A program made the translations under genes and the position numbers. A DNA stretch of 64,000 nt. Source: Octopus vulgaris (Eukaryota). The notes below the pieces were generated by a model. That model was not told the origin of the DNA and made no database searches. It saw only the letters and a list, made by a program, of their open reading frames with translations. Below are positions 13,060 through 25,649 of this stretch, one piece after another. Positions within the stretch are counted from its first letter, which is position 1; every line of letters begins with the position of its first letter. Location: positions 33,356,001 to 33,420,000 of the forward strand of contig OX597829.1 in assembly GCA_951406725.2 (NCBI GenBank). Direction: 5' to 3'.

Positions 13060-14486
13060 AGGAAGATAGATAGACAAATTCATAGAGAGGGAGAGTGTGT
13101 GTGTGTTTGGACACATTTGAAGTGAGGTTTATTTAAAAGGGAGATAATTGTAAGTTAGTAATATTTTAAAATTACATTTATTGAAGTGAGAATTTGAGAG
13201 AGAGAGAGAGAGGGGGGGGATAGAAGTAACAACTAGACTTATTGAATGACTTCATTATCTTTATCATCAGGAAAATAAAAACCTAGTTTTTCGCAGTGTG
13301 CTAAGAATTAATTAATCCAACTATATATTTAACAGCTTGTCCTTCGTTCAATGAAGAATAACTAAATTCCAAGTTAATTTTAGGCACAAGATGAGTAATT
13401 CTAAAGGAACTGATCTAATTGTCCACTTGTTAAGTCAACATCAGGAGTGTTGAGTACAAAAGGAACCCCTAATTTTGTATGAAGGATACAGTCAATGGCA
13501 TCAGTCTCAAAATTTAATTCACACTTATTTTATTGAACCAAGAAGAGTGAACAATAAAGTGAATCTTTGCAGTATTTGAACTCAAAATATAAGCAGCGCC
13601 TAACTAATTACTATAAAGTTATAGAAAGGTATGATTTGAAATCAGAATGGAAAGAAGACTATCTAAATACTCTAAAATATTTTGTTTGGTGCCTTACAAC
13701 TTTTGTCATGTCTCATCTTAGCAATAATGGTAATAATTTTTAACACAGGTTCAAAGTCACAAGTTTTTGGTGGAACAGAAGTTTGTTAATTAAATGAATC
13801 CCAAGAATTGACTTGTACCTTATTGTACAAACCCTGGAAGGGTGAAAGGCAAAGTTAATTTTGGCAAAATATGAATTTAATATACAAAGAATTGTAACTA
13901 AATACTACAAGAGTATTTTTTATCTGATGATTAATAATTCTGTTGGTCCATGGTTCTTTCAGTGACAATGATAGCAAGAATTTTTAACATAGAGACAAAG
14001 CCAAAAATTTAGTGAGGTGAGGGGATAGTTGATCAATTAACCCCAGTATTTGATTGGTATTTCCTTTTATTGACTTGGCAATGATGAAAGATAAGTTTGA
14101 TTTTGGCAGTATTTGAATTCAAAGTTTTGTCTGATGCTCTTCTGATTCTGCCCACCCATGGATCTTTTACATTAATAACTGAGTTATAACAAGGTTATGG
14201 GGCTACAATAGAAGACACTTGCCCAAGGTGCCATGCAGTGGGGCTGAATCCAGAACCATGCAGTTGGGAAGCAAACTTCTTACCACACACACACACACTA
14301 AAGTCAACGGTGTATACATCATGGTATTATTGATGTATGATGAGAAATTTTGATAGCTAACAATATATAAAATTAATACCAAAAACAAAAGCAAAAAGAT
14401 ACAAAAGCAAAAAACATGCATGTTTTAATGGTTATTAATTTTTAAAAACGACAATTAGGAAAGCAAATAAAATTAATATGTCATAC

Positions 14487-14700
14487 TTTTGTGTGAGTTT
14501 GAAGCATACTCAACAGATTTGCTTTTTAGCTGTAGACCTGGGGATGGAGATTTCCTGTTCACCAAAGACTTCCTTTCAAGCTCGTTTTGATACGTACAAA
14601 TTCTCAAGTTCAATGTTTGCCGTGCCTTCACGACTAACTGTGAGAAATCAGGGATGGCATGTGAATAGTTGTCGACTTTGTGACGAACTGATGACAGCAC
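14487..14700 (-). CDS. FHIP1: FHIP1-like coding exon 9
   Basis: CCACAG|GTG CTG TCA. Encodes VLSSVRHKVDNYSHAIPDFSQLVVKAR. The 3' end (A|GTATGA at 14486, phase 1) was chosen because it fits the next exon; another GT at 14509 is possible. Confidence 0.8.
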
Positions 14701-14820
14701 CTGTGGAACATAAAATATATAACCTAGAAAGAATCAGTAAGGAAGCCTCCACAAGCTAGAAATAGCAGTAAATTCCCTGTAAGGAAGGGCATAACAGATA
14801 ATGTTCTGCATGTATAAACC

Positions 14821-15051
14821 TATTTCTTTACTACCCACAAGGGGCTAAACACAGAAGAGATAAACAAGGACAGACAGACAGATTAAGTCGATTATATCGA
14901 CCCCAGTGCGTAACTGGTACTTAATTTATCAACCCCAAAAGGATGAAAGGCAAAATCGACCTCGGCGGAATTTGAACTCAGAATGTAACGGCAGACGAAA
15001 TCCCGCTAAGCATTTTGCCCGGCGTGCTAACGATTCTGCCAGCTCGCTGCT
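14821..15051 (-). mobile_element. Young SINE with 14-bp target-site duplication
   Basis: CpG-rich head AGCGAGCTGGCAGAATCGTTAG...GAGTTCAAATTCC. TGCATGTATAAACC at 14807-14820 and 15052-15065. Confidence 0.9.
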
Positions 15052-15169
15052 TGCATGTATAAACCATGTGGTTACTCAATCTGCAAGAAACAGCATCCAA
15101 TTGTCCTCTTACAGCTGACCAAATATGCTGAAGGATTGAATTAAAATTTTCAGGGATTGCTGGAGCTCC

Positions 15170-16250
15170 ATTGAATAATTATGTTGTAGAGTAAGTTGTG
15201 ATGAAAGATTTTTATTGATAGCAACTTCATATAACAAAGCTCTCAGTAACAACAGTTACACAGAAAAAACACAATATATAAACAACACTACATACAAAAT
15301 AAAAAAACAACATAAGACTAGAAAAAGGAGAATTATCTGGTTCAATCTCCCCTTCAAATACAAATCTCCAAACCATTAGCCAAATTATTATTCAGAATAC
15401 TCCAAAAACACTTCTACACCAATCACAAATACCATAAACTATTAAACAAATGCATCATAAAAATATATTCCATAAATAATAATTTAGAGAAAAACTGTAG
15501 CAAATTGCAACCATATAAAACTTCCTAAAAAGTCACGCACATAACAGCAACAATTGCAACTTCAGACCCTCTCCATCCTGCCCTCTAAAAGGAAACTGTA
15601 TCACAAGTAATGTTGTTTATAGCACAACTGTAACCAACTATGATATCCACATATATAGAGTCTATAGCAAACCAATTCAAGGCATAATACAACTAACACA
15701 ACCATAGTTTTTGTAACTCAAGCAGGAAAAAATGATACTTCACTATTCAAACATATGTGGATATTAAAATAAAAAATATTCTGCTTCAGTATTAATTGGA
15801 AAATATTGTCAAACATACAATGATCCATAGGGAACAACAAACCCTGCCAATTTTGTACTAAAGAATCCTATCACATTTAAAGAATCAAATTCTGATTTGA
15901 AGCTCTGAATTAGTCTCTTTCTGCAAACAAAGATCTTCAAAGCATTAAAAAATTTCAAACCAATAGTTTTTTTTTAATAGTTAAACATAAAAATAGCTCA
16001 CCTATTTTACACTATTTCTCTTCACCACAAACTTTCCCAATAATATACACAAACACTAACATTACAGCTTTACACTAAACAAGTAAGTTAGAAATTATCT
16101 AAAAGTTCCACAATTTTCAAACAAAAGATTTTCTGATAAGTGTACTCCTACACTTAAACATGCATGCTTGCATGCATGCATAAGAATGATGAAGAATTAA
16201 CCCGACTTATGAATTTTTTGTGTATTTAGCTTTATTTTTATAAATAATTA
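15170..16250 (+). mobile_element. Penelope-like element remnant (GIY-YIG and 3' region)
   Basis: CNFRPSPSCPLKGNCITSNVVY at about 15555-15620, followed by a hammerhead-like motif at 16128. Confidence 0.7.
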
Positions 16251-17027
16251 TATGCTTTACAATTATATGTATTCATAGGTCCGAAATAATATATTATAAA
16301 ATACATTAGAAACTGGATAGAAGAAATATTTATTAAAACATAGCCCAGAAATTTTACCTTCCTAAAACACAAAGGTTAAATTTTCAAAATAATAATCAAA
16401 TAACATCTAGAACAATTAATTCACAGTGAGAAATCTGCTGACCAACTAAACTTTGCACCTACCTACATCCTTTTGTGAACATTATAGCATAAGATAAACA
16501 AATTTATGTTCTAAGAACACCATGACCTAAAGATGATGCACCTAAATCAACATATCTAATCTCTGAGTTTTACATGCTTGACTGATAACTTCCAGCTTCC
16601 AAAACAAATAGGTTAAATGTATAACACCATGAACAAGTAAAAAAAATACCTTAGGATTGAGAACCCAGGTTTGAAATTTCCCTAAGACACCTGATGAAGG
16701 TTGGAGGGTATATCAGTCGAAACGTGTTAACGACAAACAAAATGAGGACATTACAACATGCAAATAAATCAGTAATTACATCCCTTTATTCTCCATCTTC
16801 TCTTTATTTTCCCTCAATATATATATATATACAGAGAGAGAGAGAGAGATGTGTATGTATGAGTGTGTGTGTGCTTGTTATACACACAAACAAGTTTGTT
16901 TTGATGAGACTATTCATCTGCAAATATGTTTTTTATTACTTAGAACCCAATGTTTCATTACATCTATCACCTCCTCTGTCCTAAGTATGCTCAATGATGA
17001 ATAACATGATAATAAAAGAGAACTCAC

Positions 17028-17206
17028 CTGAATGAGCGATTTGATGGAAGGCTGGAAGACCAAATTGTGGTTCAGGAGAAATGATCGAAGTAAAGGTTGT
17101 GGGTATGTAGCAAGACGTGAGATGAGTCCAGTCAACAAAAAGTTGACATGGAGTGAATTCTGAACCATGCTCTCTAACTTTGACAATAAGGCTGATAAGA
17201 AAGGGC
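17028..17206 (-). CDS. FHIP1: FHIP1-like coding exon 8
   Basis: TTTCAG|GC...CAG|GTGAGT, 179 nt, phase 1-0. Encodes GPFLSALLSKLESMVQNSLHVNFLLTGLISRLATYPQPLLRSFLLNHNLVFQPSIKSLIQ (conserved C-terminal domain). Confidence 0.95.
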
Positions 17207-18642
17207 CTGAAAAAATATATATAATTTAAACAAATATAATTCACTCATATTATATACTAGTGTGTGTGTGTGTGTGTGTATTAGACATGCACACACACAT
17301 GCACATATGTATGCATGTATTACAAATATTGTAAAATTAAGTCAAGTTTCAATTATTGGCTTATTTAACCATATTCATTTGTCTGTCTGTCTGTCTGTCT
17401 GTCTCTAACATGCATATTATATAAATACACACACACACACACCCAGAGTGGAGGTGGAGAGGATTGGTTCTGTTTCTCTCTCTCATTATCAGTTTCCTCT
17501 TGAAGAAATGCCTGTGTTCAGACCTGGAGATGGGATCTGCTAGAATTAAATTGCCCATGACATGCTAAATATGTGACACCCATCTGATTCTGTCAGGAGT
17601 TGAGGCTGCAAGGAATAAAGGGAATACACACACACACACTACACCACACAAACATATCTCCTTCTCTCTCTCTCTATGTCTATATCTCTCTATCTTTGTT
17701 TCACACAAGCTATCTCCCTGCTATCATAAATGCACAAACATACACACATATATATATGTACATAGACATGCACACACACACACACACGTGTACACAATTA
17801 TATATGTATGTATATATCTATATCTCTCTATCTCATCATTATCATCATTTAGCATCTGCTTTTCATGCTAGCATAGGTGGGGCAGTTTGACTGAAAACTG
17901 ATAAGCTGGGGAGCTGCACTAGGTTCCATCTGATTTGGCAAGGTTTTTACAGTTTGATGCCCTTCCTAATGCCAACCACTCCAAAAGTGTAGTGGGTGCT
18001 TTTACATCCCACCAGCACAATTACCAGTTATGCAACACCAGCATCAGCTACAACTATGATCTCACTTGGCTTCACAGGTCTTCTCAGGCGCAATATATTG
18101 CCAAAAGTCTCTGTCACTTGTCACTGCCTCCATGAGGCCCAACGTTCAAACAGTGCTTTTTATGTGCCACCGGCATGGGTACCAGTTACACAACACTGAC
18201 ATCAGCCATGATTAAAATTTCACTTGGCTTGATGGATCCTCTCAAGCATGGCATATCGCCTAATGTTTGAGGTTGTTTTTTATGCGCCAGTTATGTGACA
18301 CTGGCATTGCCCAAAGGTCTTGGTCACTTGTCATTGTCTCCATGAAGCCCAATGTTCGAAGATCATGCTTCACCAACTTGTCCCATGTCTTTCTGGGTCT
18401 ACCTCTTCTACAGGTTTCTTCCACCATTAGAGTTTGGCACTTCTTCACACAGCTGTCCTCGTCCATAAGCATCACATGACCATACCATCACTCTCATCTT
18501 TCTTGCACACCACATCTGATGCCTCTTATGCTCAATTTTTCTCTCAAGATGCTTACACTCTGCCATTCCAGCTTCATTTCTTTTAAGCCCATGCATGTCC
18601 ATGATGGTCACATTCATGTTTCATTGCTGTGTAGCATGGCTG

Positions 18643-18688
<46 letters not shown>

Positions 18689-18759
18689 CACACACATCAT
18701 GCTTTTTCATTTACCTTTGGTGAATGTAGCCCTGACCAGGAGGAATTGATGTCATCAAA

Positions 18760-19320
18760 CAATGTCTAAAGTGCATTGGATGTTTTGACCATGAATCATA
18801 ATACCTTCTTGTTGATTGGTCAGTTTTGGTGGCTGGTTTCCAGCTTAGCTCCTCTCTCTTACTCCATAACCAACAATAGGTTCTTTCTGCTACCTCACCC
18901 AACTTGCACACAGCTCTTATTCCCATATTTGTAAGCATTCTTCATACTAACTGGCAGGGAATCCTCAACTGCCAATCTCAATTGGGAACAGCCTACCTAC
19001 CATCTCTTCTCCTTGCAATTCAGCAAAAGGTTTAGGTACTCAGCACTCTTAGAATCAAAGGCTTTATTACACACCTTTTGTAAGATTGATCAGTATTATC
19101 TTTTCTGCCTTTTCAGACTACAAAATTACTCAGGCCTCCGGTTTGTCTGAATAACCTGAGGAAACCACAGCCTTTTCTCTAGGTCTACTTTCATATCACA
19201 TGATAGGGTTTCTTGTAGTTAACTACTTGATCTTCTTGCTCTGTAAGAGTGAAGAGGTAAGCTGGAAATTAGGAGGAGAAGATGAGCCACTACAGCCAAC
19301 CTCCTAATAGGATGGTTTAC
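18760..19320 (-). mobile_element. RLE-type (HERO/R2-group) LINE 3' remnant
   Basis: Frame-broken SEKAEKIILI..., FPIEIG..GFPA and VAERTYCWLWSKRE motifs. Confidence 0.55.
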
Positions 19321-19893
19321 AGATCAAAAATGAAACACCAATAATTGCTATCTACATTAACTTTTTTATCAATCTGTTTTGATAACATCAATTCCTCCTG
19401 GTCAAAGCTATATTCACCAAAGGTGAATGAAAAGGAAGCATCTTCTTTTAGATGTAATCAGTCATACCAGTAAAGACTGGAGCATGATGTGTTTCTCATC
19501 AGGACATGTCAAGCTCTCCAAACATGCCATCATGAAAACAGAATATTAAATGAAGATGATGATGATGATATATATACATATCCTTATATAGCATCATATT
19601 GGGGCAGCAGATTGGCAGAAGTGTACATCAAAAAATGTCTTGGATTTTTTTAGTTATCTCTACACAATTTGAGTAGAAATTGTGCTGTGTCAATTTTGCA
19701 TTTAATTTTTTTGAGTTGATAAGATAAAATGCCAATCAAGTAATAGGTTGGTTTAATGAACCAGCCCCTGCCTCCAAATTGCTGCCTATGTTTGAAACAA
19801 GTGATGAATTGTAAGATTTCGTCAAAATCGACTACTAGTGCCACCCAAAATTTGTTCCCATGTTAGAACTTAATGTTATGATGATTAACTTAC

Positions 19894-21401
19894 CAATATT
19901 TGGGGTTCCAGTTATATGCTTTAGGGCACTTGATCCTGTGAGAGAATTAGCAGCATTTGGATCTGAAGGAAGCTTTTTCTTGCCTATCATAAACATTTGT
20001 TTTGAATTCTTTGCATTGCAGAAGCTTTGTAAAGGGCTTTGCTCACTAGGAGATTGCCCAACTTGTTGTGTATCAATTGATGAGGGCTTAGAACCTGTCA
20101 TCACTTCATCTTGTAGGCCATTCATTTGTGACAACTGTTGATCAAAAACTGTGTCTTGTGTAAGGGGTGGTGTTGATGATAGATCAGATGTTGCATGATT
20201 CTGCTGGCATTCTTTTGAAGTTTTCTCATTATCTACATTAGCTTTTTTATCAATCTGTTTTGATACTGACATATTTTCATCTGCACCTGAAGCAGATGAA
20301 ATTGTGTCAATGCTATTTTCTGTCAATGGCTCAGGACAGGTATTTTTGATTGGTTCTACTTTAACTGGAGTTGACTTTGCTTGGTTAGGGTTAGAATAAG
20401 GGCCAAATTGGAAAGGTAGACCAGTTGGACCTGAAAATAAATTGTCTATAAACATAAAAACATCTTCATTTCTATCACTTTCAACAAAGCCAGTTTCTAT
20501 TCTATCAAGAAATTTGAGGAAGGACTCCATATCATCACAGTTTGCATGCAAGTTTGACAGTTGGTTTTGTGTCAAGAAAGTCTGAGGAGTCTGTGCAATA
20601 GAGCTCTCATCATACTGTGTAGGCTGAGAGCTTTGGGAAACAGGTAAGCTTGAGGCAGTTTTGGTTTCCAAATTTCCTACACTGTCAGCCAAAGTTTGCT
20701 GTGTGTGCAATAAATCTTTATCTGGAGTGGTTCGCTGTGCAGAAGACTGCATGTTTTCTTGTGACAGTAGCTTCCCACACTCACCTTGTTCTGGTTCAGC
20801 ATTCATATTTTTATTGTTCTCATCTTTACAGGTTTTACCAACAGACAGTTGGTTTTGTGTCAAAGAAGTTTCAGGAGTCTGTGAAGAATAACCATTATCA
20901 ATTGAAGACAACTTCTCAGGCTGAGAGCTTTGGGCAGTTTTAGTTTCCAAATTTCCAACAGAGTCAGAGTTGCAGCTAGCCAAAGTCTGCTGTGTCTGCA
21001 ACAACAAGTCTTTGTCTGGAGTTACTCGTACAGAAGACTGTGTATTCCCATGAGACAGTAGTTTCAGACTGTTGTCTTTCCCACACTCACCTCGTTCTGT
21101 CTCAGTTTTCATATTTTTCCTATTCTCTTCTTGTTTATGGTTTCTAGCAACAGAACCATTCACAGAATCCATAAAAGACTTTTTTGGGGTAAGAATATTT
21201 AGTGACATCATACTCAGGGGCGATGGTCTATCCCCATCATAGGGTACAGACCAACACTGACATCCATCACAACACGTCTTCAAATTAATGTAAGCATCAT
21301 ACAAATATTCTATATAGTCTGTTTCTAGTTCATTCCAGTTGTTTGCTGAATTATTACTATTTGCTGAGTTTGTCGAGTAAGTGTCATTCATACTGTAACT
21401 C
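19894..21401 (-). CDS. FHIP1: FHIP1-like coding exon 7 (large, mostly low-complexity linker)
   Basis: CCTACAG|G AGT...ATT G|GTAAGT, 1508 nt, phase 2-1, in frame with the 518-aa ORF. Begins with the conserved YIEYLYDA...CC..CQCWSVPYDG motif, then an S/T/Q/N-rich region. Confidence 0.9.
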
Positions 21402-21579
21402 CTGTAGGGGGAAAAAAATATATATATAAATAGTACATATATGCTTTAGTTTGTGGTTCTTTTCAGGAAATATAAAATTACAAAAGTATTCATAGTTAAT
21501 AAATAAAGGAATAATATAATCTATGTGTGTGTGTTTGTGCATGTCTATGTATGGATACATACATGTAAACACACACACA

Positions 21580-22090
21580 CATGAAATCTGATCAAAAAGT
21601 ATTGGGACTGGTGCTATAGGAAGAAAAGTACAACATATGTCAGTTTTACATTTAATCTCCTTCAAACTAGGGCCCTTTCTAAAGCCACACACTTTATCTC
21701 CCATTCTTTCCACTGATGGAAGCATACCTGGAACTCCTATTTTTGGGATAGCAAGCAGCTATCTTGTCACCTTCTCTTGGATTTCATTGAGGTTTTGAAA
21801 CTTTATTGGGATCTTCTAAGACTGAGCCATGATTTCAGAGTCATAGCCACAGAACCATGATTTGTCACCCACTATGATTGATTTCAAAAATTTTCTGTCT
21901 TCCTAAACACAATGAAGGAGTCCTGCACAACTAAAATCTGATCTTCTTTTTCAGACCACCACACTCTACACACTTTACTTCCAAGCACTGCTATAAACAA
22001 TGGAAGTGAGAAAGAACGTTATAACTTGGTGTGCATGTGTGACAGAGTTCAAGGTCAATCTGTACCAAGTGGCTTCACTCTGCATACAAT
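21580..22090 (-). mobile_element. Mariner remnant related to the 7200 element
   Basis: Shares TTCCAAGCACTGCT.TAAACAA and CTGATCAAAAAGTAT TIR-like blocks with the 7200 element. Confidence 0.6.
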
Positions 22091-22227
22091 AGCTTTATGT
22101 ATATATATATACACCAGAGTAAACACATAAATGTGAAACAAGGTGGAAAAAAGAGTACTCAAATACCAGATGAACGGCAACAGGAAACTCAGAGTAACAG
22201 GTTTTGTTGAATTTTCTGCTGCTTTAA

Positions 22228-22316
<89 letters not shown>

Positions 22317-23377
22317 TATCAGATTCAGTCTAACACAATAACCTGGTATTCAGGAGCCCTTCTTACTAAACTTTTCAAGGAGATGACGATACAAAGATAT
22401 TCCAATTAAATGTCAACTGTATCTATCTCACTTGAATGTGGACGAAAACTCAGAAGAAGTCATGATTACTGTCCATTCTTCCTGACTAGACCATAAAAGA
22501 AATAGAAACCAACTACCTGATTGAAGATTATTTTTGTAAACCTTATGCAGATGAAAGGCAAAGTTAGTTTCAACAAGATTTGAACTCACAACATAAAATA
22601 TATGACTAAACATTACAATACTTTTTTAATTTAAAGCTCTCCTCATTCTACCAACTTTCCATTCCTTTTAGTAATAACAAATATACAAATATTTATACAA
22701 ATAACAATTTATTATGTGCAACAGAAGTAACATTGGATTAAAATAGTTATCTGTGTAAAACGTTTAATGCAAATGCATCACTGAATGGCAAATTAACTGC
22801 AGTATTCACCCAGAGATAATATCTCTTATGGACATGCTGTGTTAAATAACACAAAAATATATCAGTAGCAGGAATGCCTAATGTGCATTTCTGCCCTTTT
22901 GAATTTTGTTAGCAATATGTATTTGCTGGAAATTGCATACCAAGGCAAAATCTGTTGTCACTGACATAGGAAAAAAGTAACTGAAAACCCAAGATTCATG
23001 ATGTATTTAATGCAGTGTGTCCATAGGAGACATTATTCCCCGACAAATACTGGAGTTAATTTGTTTTTTTTTTTCATGTATTTGTATTAAGTATGACACA
23101 CAGATTTGACACATATAACAATTTCTTACATAAACAGAGGATCACACATTTTGAAAGGTACTCTGTGAGTGGTTGAAAAAAATGAACAGAGTCAACATAG
23201 GGTAGTGATGAGTCTGTAGTCTTGTTGAGGATATGATAAACTCTCTACTACTGGTGTCATGACAAGATGCACCAAAAATACTATGTAAAGTGATTGGTGT
23301 TAGGAAGGCCATCAGCTGTTGAAATCATTTCAAATATGGAACATAAGTAAACTGTTAAATAAATAGATAATACTTAC

Positions 23378-23539
23378 CGAGAGAAATTGATATTCTCACT
23401 ATTCTCTTTGTCCTGATCCCATTTTAGACAGCATTTGGGTCTCAGAGACAAAAATTTCTCAGCACTTTTACTATGAAAGTCAATGTCTTTGACAGCACGC
23501 TTTTGACTAACCATCACATGTGTACAGGGTATCAGATAT
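23378..23539 (-). CDS. FHIP1: FHIP1-like coding exon 6
   Basis: TCTCCAG|A TAT...CG|GTAAGT, 162 nt, phase 2-2. Encodes YLIPCTHVMVSQKRAVKDIDFHSKSAEKFLSLRPKCC. Confidence 0.95.
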
Positions 23540-23861
23540 CTGGAGACAAGAAAAAAATATATATGTGTGTGTATATATATATATAAGAGAACAAGGTGTA
23601 CGTTACGCCGCAATAATTTATGTATAAAAAATATATATAAAAATACAAAATGGGACAAGAACGCAAAACATTCAAATAGACGACACAAAAAATGAGATCT
23701 CAAGATTAATCAGCCGAAATTGTGAGGATGATCTGGTTCTTGACTGAAGATTAGAGGCTTTGAATGACCCATCCGTTTTTTGTGTTGTCTATTTGAATGT
23801 TTTGCGTTCTTGTCTCATTTTGCATTTTTATATATATTTTTTATACATACATACATACATA

Positions 23862-23969
<108 letters not shown>

Positions 23970-24478
23970 GGGAGGGAAGGAGATAGAAACGAGGGGAGGT
24001 TGAAATTTAACCCAGGTTACTTCTGACTGAGCAGATCAATGATCAAACATCTTCCAACTTTGACCATTACAGCTTTTACTCAGATACAGTGCATCCAGAA
24101 CTGCATTATCTAATGTATTATATAATAAACAGTATTAGTTGCTTAGTCTCATGCCAGCTCTAATCTAGCAGACCTATGATCAAAATGATTTTAGCCTGTC
24201 TATTCCATCTTATGTAGCTTAGTTAGTATTATAATACAGAGTATGAGTTATATCTAGTGCATAATGTATGGTATATGTTAGCCATTCAGAAATGCACAAA
24301 AACTGGTAACTTCACTTAAGCATTTATTGCTTGTAAAATGGTGTCAAAATTTTTATCACTCCAACAATAACCTGATTACTGACAATGTTGTTGCACTGCA
24401 ATGCAACATTATCAATGACCCGGTGCAGTTTCAAGCAACGATAATTTTGATACCATATTACAAACAATAAATGTTCAA

Positions 24479-24878
24479 GGCGTAGGAGTAGCTGTGTGGT
24501 AAGAAGCTCGCTTACCAACTACATGGTTCTGGGTTCAGTCCCACTGCGTGGCACCTTCGGCAAGTGTCTTCTACTATAGCCTTGGGCCGACCAAAGCCTT
24601 GTGAGTGGATTTGGTAGACGGAAGCTGAAAGAAGCCTGTCGTGTATATATGTATATATATGTGTGTGTGTGTCTGTGTTTGTCCCCCCAACATTGTTTGA
24701 CAACCGATACTGGTGTGTTTATGTCCCTGTAACTTAGTGGTTCGGCAAAAGAGACCGATGGAATAAGTACTAGGCTTACAAGGAATAAGTCCTGGGGGTC
24801 GTTCTGCTCGACTAAAGGCAGTGCTCCAGCATGGCCACAGTCAAATGACTGAAACAAGTAAAAGAGTAAAAGAGTAAG
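24479..24878 (+). mobile_element. Full-length tRNA-derived SINE (octopus-type); reverse copies at 49770-50115, 56538-56930 and partial 14205-14290
   Basis: A box GCTGTGTGGTAAG, B-box-like GGTTCAGTCCC, central microsatellite, (GTAAAAGA)n tail. Confidence 0.9.
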
Positions 24879-25534
24879 TGAAGTTAACAGTCCTTAAGTA
24901 TTTCTGAATGGCTAACATGCATCTTCCATTCTGCAATTGCTTTAGTTTCAAGACAGTCTCAGATCAAGACACTTACCATGTATATACATCTTTGTAAATG
25001 TATGATATAATATGTTGGATATAACATACACATACACACACATTTATTTAATATCAGGTCACTCCTGATCTGGCAGAAATATCATCAAAGACGTTACAGC
25101 CACAATCATCTAATTTTTTATACAGACATTGTGTATCTTGGATTATATTATCTAAGGCATCTCTCCTTATTGCCAATTGACTAGATAGAAGATCATTGGA
25201 TTAAGTGGTCCCTATTCCAGGTACAGTTTGCTGTTTAGTGAGGGAGATGTAAGTGATGTAAGCACCTTCATATCACAGACTATATATACTAGACTAAACT
25301 TTTGCAAACTCATCAAGTCCTTAATTTTAAGATTAATGAGATTATTGAGGAGTGATTTTGATGACAGCCAATGATGAAGAAATTTGTAAGTAGGATTACA
25401 GTTAGAACCATGATCCCTATTTGAAAAAAAATCAGCAGGGTCACAAGGTCCTTACAGTTGAGAATAATCAGGATCTTGAGAAGATTGCAGGGGTTAAGGT
25501 TTAGGGTTATACGGTTAGAATAAAAATTACTTAC

Positions 25535-25614
25535 TTGAAAACCAGTTGGAACATGACATCTTCACAGTTGAGGTCAACAAGGGTCTTGAAAAGTGACAGG
25601 GAGACTAGGGACAA
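25535..25614 (-). CDS. FHIP1: FHIP1-like coding exon 5
   Basis: CTGCAG|TTG...AA|GTAAGT, 80 nt, phase 0-2. Encodes LSLVSLSLFKTLVDLNCEDVMFQLVFK. Confidence 0.95.
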
Positions 25615-25649
25615 CTGCAGAATAAGGTGATAAGGCTATGTAAATAATA

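Noticed and set aside
19835-21391. 518-aa ORF as a standalone gene
   Set aside because: It is bounded by phase-compatible splice sites and is exon 7 of the FHIP1-like gene.
24479-24555. tRNA gene
   Set aside because: It is the tRNA-like head of a multi-copy SINE, with no complete cloverleaf, and continues into the SINE body.
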